DNA of 64,000 nucleotides, from assembly GCA_047967505.1 (NCBI GenBank), contig CM106538.1; one strand, 5' to 3'. The translations under genes were made by a program, and so were the position numbers. Positions 13,549 through 25,500 of this stretch are shown here, one piece after another. The stretch's first letter is position 1; every line of letters begins with the position of its first letter. Source of the stretch: Dipteris shenzhenensis. Lineage: Eukaryota. Under the pieces are notes generated by a model that was not told where the DNA came from, ran no database searches, and saw only the letters and a list, made by a program, of their open reading frames with translations.

Positions 13549-14166
13549 TTAATGCCCCTTTACAAAGTCATTGAATACATTCCAATCATTCTCATCTAAA
13601 GTATACTTATTGCTATTACACTCATAGGTGAGGTTTGCCAATGCAATTACGCTCTCAATATTTATCATGTCAAGGTCTGTAAGGTCATATGTGAAGCATC
13701 TTGAACCTTTTGCCTTTTGATACCACCCAAGCTGGACTTCTACTCCAAAAGGTCTATCTGAAAGGTTGAACCCTCTTTTATATTCCACATACCCCCCACC
13801 AACCTTTCTCCTCATTTTTTGAACTCGTCCAAGGTACCATATAGCTTGTGTTTTCTTTTTTTGCAAAGATCTTGGATTGCATTTCCTTTTGCTTTTCCTT
13901 GTTTTGTGTTCTTCATGAAAGAATATGGCACAATCGGAACCTATTTCAAATAGGTTCTCATTTGATGTAGCAAGAGGTATATCTTCCTTAGAGTAGTATA
14001 CTCCTTGGTGAACCCTTGTGAGTCTATCTTTAGAGAGTGTGGGATTTCCATTAAGTTGGCTTACCAATGTGGACTTGAAGAGAGTTTTACCATCAATGGT
14101 AACAACTGGGCTCACTGCTTCTTGTTCATCTAGGAGAGAATCCACCACATGTCTGATTTCACTTAT
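13549..14166 (-). pseudogene. C-terminal part of a probable DNA-transposon protein, cut by the Sola1-like insertion at 14167
   Basis: Open ~205-codon frame (KSTLVSQLNGNPTLSKDRLTRV...WYLGRVQKMRRK...LGWY). The part of the ORF-track call above 14166 is TIR sequence. Family not determined. Confidence 0.5.
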
Positions 14167-14708
14167 AACACTTATTTCATTAATTTTGGACTTGTCAATG
14201 TACAAATTCATTTTTACATATACTTTTGGACTAGTTTTCAGATAAAATTTAAGAAAAACCCAATCTTCAAAGCACATATAAAAACATAAAAACAAGCATT
14301 TTTTTATATATTTTTTAAGGACATGAAACTAAAATTATAAAATTTAACGCAGTCTAGATAAGTTACATGAAAAAATAAGATTAGGTTGTTGTAAACTCTC
14401 TTAATATTTAATGGTGTTAATAAACACCTTCAAAAGTTAAGCCTGAGATAAGTTACACAAAAAAGAGTGGTCCATTAATTGTAAACTCTCTTTATATTTA
14501 TAATAGTGTTTAGGAAACACTTTCAAAAGTTACAAGTGGAAGTAGCAAACTCTCACAATATTTATAATTTAGGTGTTGAAAAACACCAAAAGTTACAATA
14601 AGACTCTCATTGGAAGGCAAATTACACCAAAAGTTACAATAAGACTCTCACTGGAAGGCAAATTTATTTTCAAGACTACAGCCATTCAATTTGATGAATT
14701 TTCTATTT

Positions 14709-15143
14709 TCAAGTCCTTAGCCTAAATTCAACCCATTCAAGAGCTGAGCTCATCTCATCCTCATCGATGTAGTTAAAATTATAGAAGAGAAGTAAGGATT
14801 GATGAATTTTCTCCTGCATAACACTTTGTTTATTCTGAATGGCTTGTGCTTCCTTGGGGGAAAATCTTCCATAACGAGCCACATGCGAAGATATCTCACT
14901 TTGAAAGTCTATCAACTCTCTCCTATATGACTGCAATTTATCTATTTCAGTAGTAGCCATACTTATTTTTCTTTCCTCTTCCTTCTCTAAGCCCTTCTGA
15001 CAAGAAAAGTCATCCTTCTCGTACTGGGTTAATGGAGCTGGATTTTGCTTTCTCTCCTCTCTCTTTCCTTGGTTCTCGGCAATCCATTCTTTGAGGCTGC
15101 TAATGGCTTGCTCGACAGAATCGATTACCTTAAAAAGATCCAT
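14709..15143 (-). CDS. 144-aa helical/coiled-coil protein of unknown function (host element)
   Basis: MDLFKVIDSVEQAISSLKEWIAEN...; colinear paralogue of 17770-18222. The upstream part of the 365-aa ORF-track call is repeat-derived. Confidence 0.7.
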   Translation of the reverse strand: MDLFKVIDSVEQAISSLKEWIAENQGKREERKQNPAPLTQYEKDDFSCQKGLEKEEERKISMATTEIDKLQSYRRELIDFQSEISSHVARYGRFSPKEAQAIQNKQSVMQEKIHQSLLLFYNFNYIDEDEMSSALEWVEFRLRT

Positions 15144-15149
15144 AATGGC

Positions 15150-16270
15150 TGCAAGATGAAAGGAGTATGCTTGAGAAGAGGAGGTAAGGCTGCGGGCAAG
15201 ATGGAAGGAGCAAGCTTGAGGAGAGGAGTAAGGTAAGAAGAGTAAAGTGGAAGAAGTGTGGAGAGGAGTAAGGTAAGAAGAGTAAAGTGGAAGAAGTTTT
15301 TGCTGCGGGTGAGATATAGAAGATGAATGAGGTGAGGAAGGTAACGAGAGTGAGGAAAGATATAGAAGACTAACAAGGTGAGGAAGGTAACGAGAGTGAG
15401 GAAGAGAGTGAGGAAAGATATAGAAGACGAACGAGGTGAGGAAGGTAACGAGAGTGAGGAAGGTAACTAGAGGAGATAAGGCAAGATGAAAGGAGTATGC
15501 TTGAGAAGAGGAGGCAAGGCTGTGGGCAAGATGGAGGAGCAAGCTTGAGGAGAGGAAGGAGCAAGCTTGAGGAGAGGAAGGAGCAAGCTTGAGGAGAGGA
15601 GTAAGGTAAGAAGAGCAAAGTGGAAGAAGTGTCTGCTGCGGGTGAGATCTGCGGGTGAGATATAGAAGATGAACGACTACTAGGGAATTTATAGAACTAC
15701 AGATGCAAGACCGTAATGCGAGATGACTAGATGCAAGATCGTAATGCAAGACATTATAAAATAAAATGATGGGATGCAAGACCGTAATGGGAGACATTTG
15801 AGACATATAAGATAGTGATAGTACATTGAAATCTATAAAGTAAAATGATGGAACATAGGAATGATATAATTAATAGAATCTCATCATGAAGAGCAAAGTG
15901 CAAGAAGTGTCTGCTGCGGGTGAGATATAGAAGATGAACGACTACTAGGGAATTTATAGAACTACAGATGCAAGACCGTAATGCGAGATGACTAGATGCA
16001 AGATTGTAATGCGAGACATTATAAAATAAAATGATGGGATGCAAGACCGTAATGGGAGACATTTGAGACATATAAGATAGTGATAGTACATTGAAATCTA
16101 TAAAGTAAAATGATGGAACACAAGAATGATATAATTAATAGAATCTCATCATGAGATACTTGCTGTACATAATAAATGATAGATTTTGAGTACATTGAAA
16201 TCTATAAAATAAAGTGATGGAACATAAGAATGATATGATTATTAGATTCTCATCATAAGATATTTATTGT
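15150..16270. repeat. Purine-rich short tandem repeats and a ~265-bp duplication upstream of the helical ORF
   Basis: gaggagaggagtaaggtaagaag / gtgaggaaggtaacgaga units; 15610-15885 duplicated at 15888-16150. Confidence 0.8.
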
Positions 16271-16440
16271 ACATAATAAATTAGACTTTCAAAAAAGTAA
16301 AACCTAATGTATTGTAATGAAAAAATATCATAAAATATCCTAATGTATTGCAACATTTAACATAAGTTTTAAAAACACTATCATTAATCAATACAAACAA
16401 GATAAAAATCTTCAAGGACTCATGTTTCTTTCTACATGTT

Positions 16441-17178
16441 TTACAACTGCTGAATAGAGTCTGATGAGTCCTCTTGAGGCTGTGATTCTCTAAGAGTACA
16501 TTGAGTCTCTACTTGTGTGGATGGTGTACATTGAGATTCTACTTCTGGTGCAATCGGGATAGACTTAATCTCTTCCTCCTTTACAAGATGTGATGTTGTA
16601 GATGCACATTGAGTCTCCACTTCTTGTGTAGGAAGAATGCATTGAGTCTCTAATGTAGACTGTAATGCTTCTACTTGAGGCTGTGATACAGAAGGAGACT
16701 GAATTGTCTCTTCTTTTTCTTTGGCTCCCTCAGGTTCTTCATTGAGTCCATCATGTTGTTTCCCAATGATAGCAGTTAGATAGTGAACAGTCTTAGCCAC
16801 CAAATCTTGTAGCTCGAGCTTGGTATATGCTTCTATGGAGACATGTTCAAAAATTTCATTGAGATACAACATGAAGTTGTAGGCAATTCTCCACCCACTA
16901 CTAAACATGTCCTTTTGGTCCACTGCGAGGCGTGTCTAGAAATTTGGTTGGTCTTGATGCTCCCTGATTTTCATAATCGCAGAAACTAACTTGTTTGCAG
17001 ACCTGTCCATCATGACATATGACAAAGTGAATTTGTGTAGTAAATAGTAACTTGATGCATGTTCATAATGATATGATAAAAGAACACTTACTTGAACACC
17101 CCGTGAAAGCCTGTAATTGAGTTGACAAACCAACAATGGTTGTCATCAAGGTCCCATACTATCAGGCTTCAATGTGAA
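16441..17178 (-). pseudogene. Last two exons of the host element's ParB-Ulp1 gene (separated from the rest by the nested insertion)
   Basis: Exon 17178-17092 SH*SLIVWDLDDNHCWFVNS and exon 17002-16441 ...DQKDMFSSGWRIAYNF. Two stops and Cys->Ser at the catalytic position. These are exactly the exons missing after 46462. Confidence 0.85.
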
Positions 17179-17247
17179 CTACATCACCAATAAAGAGCGA
17201 TAAGATTTATCACAATATTAAGTATTAATTGACACAATATTATAAAT

Positions 17248-17273
17248 AACACCTATTTCATTAATTTTGGACT
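17248..17273 (+). repeat. Left TIR AACACCTATTTCATTAATTTTGGACT
   Basis: Exact reverse complement of 46398-46423. Confidence 0.95.
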
Positions 17274-17769
17274 CTTGCACTGTCCAAATTCATTTTGTGA
17301 GATAATTCTGGATAAAACATTTCAAAAAAAGAGGCTCTTATAAAACAAAACATTGAGTCAAAAAGGAAGATTTAAAAAAATCAAATTAGAAAAAATGACG
17401 TGAGATGTTAAAAATAGAGTACATCACATTGTTAAAAGAGACAAAAAAGTAAGATTTTAAAAAATCAAATTAGAAAAAATGGCGTGACATGTTATGAAAA
17501 CTAGAGTACATTTCAAAAAGAGCACATCACATTTGTAAAGAAGTAGATCATATTACTCAAAGCCATATGGTGCCAAAAAACACCTTAATACAGTCTCTCT
17601 TAACATCATCTTAACATCACATTTGTACAAGAAGTACTAGATCATATTACTCAAAGCCATATGGTGTCAAAAAACACCTTAATACAAGGCCATATGGTGT
17701 CAAAAAATACCTTAATACAAAGCCATATGGTGTCAAAAAACACCTTAATACAGTCTCTCTTATCTAAGT

Positions 17770-18222
17770 CTAGAAGATCTCATCATTGGTCTCTCTTATC
17801 TTCTCAACAACCCAATCCTTCACTGCCTCCACAGCTGTATCCTCAACATAATTACATGAGAAGAAGAAGTTTAAGCAATCACAAATTGTTTCTTTATAAT
17901 TTCTCTGAGAGGCTCTTATTGTTCTCTCAGCATCCGCATCAAATCGCCCATGACGAGAGCTACGATAACGCAGGTTACTTAAGAAATCTAATAGATCTTG
18001 TCGTGCTTTTATCATACGTCTTAGAAGTCTTTCACTATCTGCTATCTTGAGAGTCTCCTCCCTCTCTGCGTGCCTTTGTGCAGCAAATTCCTCTCTCTCC
18101 ATGTGTGTCAAAGGAGAACCTTGTCGAATTCTGGCCTCTCTCTGTGCTCCTTGGTCAGCAATCCATTCTTTGAGATTGTTAATTCCGAACTCCACGTTTT
18201 CGACAATGCCAAGGACATCCAT
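17770..18222 (-). CDS. 150-aa helical/coiled-coil protein of unknown function (nested element)
   Basis: Intact ORF; shares LKEWIA, PLTxxExxxF, GRF and NY motifs and relative position with 14709-15143. Confidence 0.7.
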   Translation of the reverse strand: MDVLGIVENVEFGINNLKEWIADQGAQREARIRQGSPLTHMEREEFAAQRHAEREETLKIADSERLLRRMIKARQDLLDFLSNLRYRSSRHGRFDADAERTIRASQRNYKETICDCLNFFFSCNYVEDTAVEAVKDWVVEKIRETNDEIF

Positions 18223-18249
18223 GGGTGGGGAGATGATAAAGAAAGGGAG

Positions 18250-19480
18250 ATGGACTACGATGCAAGAAAGAAGAGAGTGTCTGCGGAGGAAGAACTAGGA
18301 TAGAAGATTACTTGGTTATCAAGATGGATGAAAGAAGACTCTGAGAGTGTTTGCGGAAGGACTAGGATAGAAGAATACAAGTTAATGAGAAGCACTAGGA
18401 TGCAAGAAAGAAGAGAGTGTCTGCAAAAGAACTATGATAGAAGAATACTTGGTTATCAGGATGGATGAAAGAAGACTCTGAGAGTGTTTGCGGAAGGACT
18501 AGGATAGAAGAATACAAGAAGAATACAAGTTAATGTGAGAAGCACTAGGATGGATGAAAGAAGAGAGTGTTTGTGGAAGAACTAGGATAGAAGAATACTT
18601 GGTTATCAAGATGGATGAAAGAAGACTCTGAGAGTGTTTGGGGAAGGACTAGGATAGAAGAATACAAGTTACTCAGAAGGATACTTGGTTATCAGGATGG
18701 ATGAAAGAAGACTCTGAGAGTGTTTGCGGAAGGACTAGGATAGAAGAATACAAGTTACTCAGAAGGACTAGGATGTAAGAAATAAGAGAGTGTTTGTGGA
18801 AAGACTAGGATGGAAGAATACAAGTGCACTAAGGCACGATGTGTTCACTACGATAAGGATAAGGGTTGGAATAAAGTGAGTGGCACGATGTGTTCACTAT
18901 GATAAGGGTTGGAATAAAGCGAGTGGAGATTGAATGCTCTACTTTAAGTGAGTGGAGATGATAAGGATAAGGGTTGGAATAAAGTGAGAGAAGCATTGCG
19001 AATGCTCTACTTTAAGTGAGTGGAGACTGTCCAACTGAATAAAATTCTCATTACACAAGGATTTATTTCCAAATAATCACATCATCACACATTCATATCA
19101 TAAAATTGTGTGCATGAAGAAATATATTACAAATATTACATCATCACATATTCATATCAAAATTCTCATCACACAAGGATTTATTTTCAAATAATCACAT
19201 CATCACACATTCATATCATAAAATTGTGTGCATGAAGAAATATATTACAAATATTACATCATCACATATTCATATCAAAATTCTCATCACACAAGGATTT
19301 ATTTTCAAATAATCACATCATCACACATTCATATCATAAAATTGTGTGCATGAAATAAATATATTACAAATATTACATCATCAAATATTCATATCAGAAT
19401 TCCCATCACACAAGGATTTATTTCCAAATAATCACATCATCACACATTCATATCATAAAATTGTGTGCATAAAGAAATTA
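18250..19480. repeat. Tandem repeats between the helical ORF and the protease gene
   Basis: gaaggactaggatagaagaatac-type units at 18250-18830; 118-bp unit x~3.7 at 19041-19480. Confidence 0.85.
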
Positions 19481-19568
19481 TATAAATATCATGATTATGC
19501 CACTTAAGTAATAAGTCACAAATTGGTGTATAATCAACAAAAACTACAAACACAACATCATACATGCA

Positions 19569-22500
19569 TCACAACTCTTGTGATGCTTCTAGTGGAGACT
19601 CTGGCAACTCTTCGGACGCTTCCAATGGAGGCTGTGGTACTGTAGATGTACACTCGGTCTCTACTTCTTTTGTAGTATGTAGTGCTTTCGGAGTAGACTC
19701 AGTATCCTCTTCCTTAAATGCAAGCGGAGGCGGTGGCAACTCTTCTGATGCTTCTAGTGGAGGCTGTGGTGCTGTAGGTGTACATTGGGTCTCTACTTCT
19801 TCTGTAGTATGCAGTGCTTTCATAGTAGACTCAGTCTCCTCTTCCTTAAAGGGAAGCTCTGGTATTGCTTCAGTTGCACGTTGTATTCTAATGGTAGCAA
19901 TTAGGTCTCGAATGATTTCAGCCCTAAACAATTGTATATCCTCCTCTGAATATTTGAGCTCCAAAGAGTCTTCCGATGAGATCTGTGGCATAAGTGAGAA
20001 AATTTCTTTGAAAATCAACATGCAGTTGTAGGCAACTCTCCACCCACAACTATGCCCATCTTCCTGCTCTACTACTAAACGCTTTTGGAAGTCTACCGAG
20101 TCTTTGTACTGTCCTGTTTCTCTGATAGCAGATACCAACTTCTCAATCGACCTGCTCATCGTGACATATTAAAAAAACTTAGTGTATCTATCACATAAGG
20201 TACATAATATAGAAGTAACAACAGATTAATAGAATACTTACGTTTGCACTGAGCCATGAAAGCCTGCAATGGAGTTAACAAACCAACAATAGTTGTCTTC
20301 AAGGTTCCAAACCACCAGACTCCAATGTTCCCTACACGAATAATTAAGAACCATTATTATTTAACACAATGTTGCCAGTACAAGATGAAAATAAAGGTTG
20401 CCATGATACTTACATCTCATGATATGCCATAAATAGGACTCGCACGCCATGTAAATGTAAAGGCTGTAATAATTTACAAACATCAGCTATTGTCTTTCTG
20501 CTATCGCTAAGTATAGGAGAAAGGAGGGAATCCAACATATACGCACGATTTTGTACGACTCTACCAAATCGTGAGATAACTATACTGCACCAACAAATAA
20601 ATGAATATTAGCTTATTAGATTTAATCAAAATAAATGAATATTAGCTTATTAGCTTATTAGATTAAATCAAAATATTGAATTATCAAGTAGAGAAAAAGT
20701 TTGTATCAAACCTGAGAATGGCCATCATAACGTTGTTATTGACCTCATTTGAAGCTCTAGAGAGAATTGAAATCTCTTCTCCCCCAAATTCAAGATACTG
20801 AGGTCTATGTTGAATCATAACCCTAACATTAAAAGAGCTTCCCAATTCTTTTAATGAGGCCATGTTTGTAGAGTTGAGGTCATCTATCCTCTTTGACTCT
20901 TTGATGGCATTCATTTCGCAATCAATGATTGCTCGAATGGTACATGTTATAAATGCATAGAGATGCAAATCGGTATATGTTGATAGTGTGGTGTCATTTT
21001 GCATCTCAAAAATTTGACCAAGTACCAAAAAGCAATTGTAGCCCACCCTCCATCCACAATTATAGATGTGGCTATTATCTTGATGTGATACCTGACATGT
21101 TATATACTCTATTTGTTGTGCCAAGTCACATTGCCGCATTACTATGTCGATAGCATCTACTAATTTTCGAGCTGATCTGCATATCAAAACATATAACAAC
21201 AGTGAATATGTGCATTGCATATCAATCTACATGTCAAGAAGTGACAACAAGTGTAGTCTATACTTACTCTAACACATTGCCATGGACGGATGTCATTGAG
21301 TTTGCAAAGAAGCACTTCTTCGCAAGGATGTCCACGACTACCAGACTCCAATGTGAGCTGCATTATCAATAAAGAATAATTACTGTGTTTGAGACAATTC
21401 TAGCAAATGCAATAGGAAAAACAAGTAGGGTTTGATGCTTACTTCTCATAATATGCTGTAAAAATAACTCGTGCGTCATTCATAGGAATGTGCTTCAACC
21501 ACTTGCAAACATTCTCTATGGTTTCTTCTTTGTTGATAAGCACTTCCGAAATACGAGGATCGAGCATATATGAAACGCTTTGTATATTTTGCGGAAAATT
21601 TGCTATAACATTGCTATATTTAAAAAAAAAGTATTAGCTTCTTGGGTTTAATCAAAATAAGCAAAGTATAAAGCCAAGGAAAAGGCTGCATCAAACCTGA
21701 GGATGGTTGTAATGACTTTGACATTAACCTCATTCTTAGGATTCAAGAGGATTGAAATCTCTTCTTCACCAAATTCAAAAAAATGAGGTTGTTGTCGAAT
21801 TAACAACATAGCAGTGAATGAACTTCCAATCTGCTCCAATAGATTCATATTTTTATGACTCATCTTATTGAGGGAGTAGTCTACATCGTATTCTTCTTCA
21901 CTTGCTATGTCCTCCACATCCTCCTTCTGCCATAAAAATATAAAAAAGTTATGCGATGTACACATCCCAAATAAAGGCTTAAACAAGCAGATAAGGTTTC
22001 ATATATGCTTTCATTAGTGTAAGTCTCTCCTCTGCTTGGAGCAAAAATTTAAAAAGGTTTCATACACGCTTTCATTAGAGTGAGTCTCTCCTTCTCTTGG
22101 ATGAAAAATTTAAAAAGTTATGAGATTTACACATCCCAAATAAAAATAATGGTTTAAATAATCATAGAAGTATAAAGATAGCATGCTTTCATTAGACAAG
22201 TTATGAGATTTATACATCCCAAATAAAATTAATGGTTTAAATAATTATAAAAGTATAAAGATAGTATGCTTTCATTAAACTCATTCTCTTCTCCTTTTGG
22301 AGGAAAATATAAAAAAGTTATGAGATTTATACATCCCACTTAAAGGCTGGAACAAGTATACAAGTATAAAGATAAGGTTTTATACATGCTGCAATGTAGT
22401 CATATTTTCATGTTGTTTCCCAATGGTAGTAATTAGATGCTGAATACTCTCAGCCCGAAATGCTAGCAGATCAGCTTCTGTATATGATTCCATTTTGACT

Positions 22501-25500
22501 GGTAACTCCAGATCAAAAATCTCTCTAAGAAACAACATGCAGTTGTAGGCGACTCTCCACCCACAACTGTGTCCATCTTTTTGCTCCACTGGCAGACGTC
22601 TTTTGAATTCTACTTGATCTTGTTGCTCCATGGTTGTTCTGACAGCAGATACTAGCCGATATGCAGCACTGTCCAGCATGACATATGAAATATATTAATA
22701 TGTCATGATCATAAGATACAAAATAAGAAAGTATCAAAAATATTAAGAGAATAATTACCTTGGGGAGTTGGCATGATAGCCTTCTATTGAATTCACAAAC
22801 CATAAATGGTTGAGTTCAAGGTCCCAGAAGATCAGACTCCAATGTGAGCTACACGACCAGAATAAAAATGATTATTGTTTTACACAAACTTGCCAAAGAA
22901 ATAGTAAAAATAAGGTTAGAGTTGATACTTACGCCTCATGATAAGGCATTAAGATGACTCGCACCCCATCTAAATTCAAAGGGCTTAACCAGGTACAGAC
23001 ATCTTCTATAGTCTTTTGAGGAGAGCTAAGAATAGAAGAAAGGAGAGCATCGAGCATGTAGACACGATGCTGCACTGTACTAGGAAGTTGAGAAATAACT
23101 ACACTGCACCAAGAAATAAACAAACATTAGCTCATAGAATTGATTTGCATTCTGCACTAGGAAACTGATATATAACTGAACTGTGAATAAATAAACAAAT
23201 GTTAGCTTATTGAAGTAGCAATAAATAAATAAACATTACCTGAGAATGGCCAAGATAACGTTGTCATTAACCTCTTTTAAAGGATTGGAGAGGATTGAAA
23301 CCTCCTCTCTACCAAAGCTTAAATACTGAGGTTCTCGTTTCAAAACGATCTTAACTTGAAATGAGCTCTCCATTTTATCTAATGCAGCTAAATTTGATTT
23401 TTCAATCAAATTTAGAGGTGGTTGCATTGTTGAAGTGGAAGGGAGTGCCTCCGTATTGACTTCATCCATTTCTTCTCCCTCTATTGCCTGTAAATAAATA
23501 TGAGAGATTAGAGTCATTATCTTTAAATTTAAATCTTATTTAAAAAATTGTATTTAGTTGAGAAATAGAGAGTTCATACCGCTAAGTATTGTCGTAGTGG
23601 CCTTTTTTCATAACCCTGAGAGCCATAATTATCAAAGAGGGCATCATCATATTTGTCTTCATCCACCAACCTCTCTGTGAATGGGTCATGTAAGTCCATC
23701 TTTTCATCATTAACAACTGGGACATTATGATCTTCAAGGTAATCATCCATGTCATCGGTGTCCTTGTGGTCTATCTCTTTTTCATAGCCTGTGGTTAGAT
23801 CTGCTTGAAGCTGGAAATAGGCCATGAAATGCTTATTTTCAATAATATTGGTGGAGTTGCCTTTTCTTAGGAGATCCTCAAATAAATATCCCATCCTGCA
23901 CAAGGTGACCTCCCAACCTGCCGGCAGCAAATTCTCCATCATGGTAAGCAAGAGACTCCCACTTTTTGCAGGACTTCCGTAGTTGTTTTTCTGATAATGT
24001 ATGGACCTGGGAATATCTTGCTCTTCTAGCATCAATCTCAAATTATTTGAATTCCCTCTTATGTTCTTTTGTAAAGAGTGATCAGGGTTGGGACTCCGCA
24101 TACATAGAAAGAATGATTCAAGAGTTTGAATCGCTATGCCACATTCTCTCTTGCCTCTCTTTGCTGCATAAACACCACTATAGATCTTCAAATCTGATGA
24201 ATATGCTCGCTCTAGAGTAACCTGCATGGCTTCTTTGTCTTTTTTATCAACAAATATGACAATGTTACAAATCGCCACTTTGCTAATGGTGGTATATACT
24301 ATTCTATCAATGAAGTTATGGATATCATCGCTAGAAACTTCATTGATAAAGAATAGTTGTGGCTTATCCCATGCTGACTCATTCTTAAAGAAGTCATCTT
24401 CTGAGACTCCCCTGAAGTTGACAAGCTTTCCAGACTCTGCCGTAACCTCTACATTGAATTGAAAGCTTTGGTGCATATCTGTTGGCATTCTTATCTCGCT
24501 GATTAATCTTTCCACATATGCAACCACCTGTTGTGGGATCTCTTTTCTCATATAAGAGGTTACTATTTCCGACCCATCTTCATCCTTTTTAATCCACCTG
24601 TTGGCCCATAGCTTTACCTTGGGTGTTGACAAAGAAGCTATATGCTTCACCACATTATAGTCAATGTTGCAATGAGTAAGTGGAATTTGTTTCTCTGACA
24701 GCAAATACTTGATGGCACTATGCACTGCATCACGCCTCACCTGTACATTGATGCATTCTTCCATGCAGTGGTCTTTGTCTTTTTTTCCAAAAAACCATTC
24801 TTTCTTTAAAATTCTTTGTGCTGCCATGGATGCATACTTATCAGGTAAGTACTTTACAGGCCTCCACATCCTTGCCGTCAACTCCTTCTTATCCATTACC
24901 TTTGACTTGCCGGAGATAAACAAAGGAGCTTCATAGGTCAGCTGTCCACGCTCACAAGCAATGCACGTTTCAAGCATCTCATTGAACACTTCAACAGGAC
25001 GAAAGATGATAGAAGTATAGTCGGCATATCTGTCCCTCACCACCTTGAGGCTTGTCATACTTTCTTCCCGCTCTTGGGTTCCCCTAGGCACAACTGCACT
25101 CAAAGAAGTATAAAAGTTTGTGAGTGTGTCGGCGTCTGCTTTTGTGACCTTTCGCTTCAAATCAGGATTTGGGGAACCAAATGTTGTCCATATCACCCTT
25201 GCCTTCTGTAAGACCTCTGATGTTGAGGATATCTTACGCTTTCCATGGACATAATGATTAAGTCTTTCGGACTCAATCAAATATTTAATCTCATGCTTGA
25301 ATATACAGATCGTTGCAGGATAATAATGGAATGAGCTTATCTTTACAAATTGTTCTGGAGTGAGTCTTTTGCCCTCCTTTGCTTCCCTTGCGATCTGATT
25401 ACAAGCATAAGCCCAATGTTGACCATCAATGGGCTGGAATCTGCAATGAAGGAGAAATTCCTTCTTGACTTCCTTTAGCATATTCTCTCCTTGTGCCTCT

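Noticed and set aside
14167-14295. N-terminus of the 248-aa ORF
   Set aside because: Read-through into the TIR and subterminal sequence of the inserted element.
15144-15806. N-terminal 220 aa of the 365-aa ORF
   Set aside because: Derived from tandem repeats; similarity to the paralogue starts at MDLF (15143).
16441-17178. A fourth protease repeat of the 19569-26789 gene
   Set aside because: It lies outside the TIR at 17248 and completes the host gene broken at 46462.
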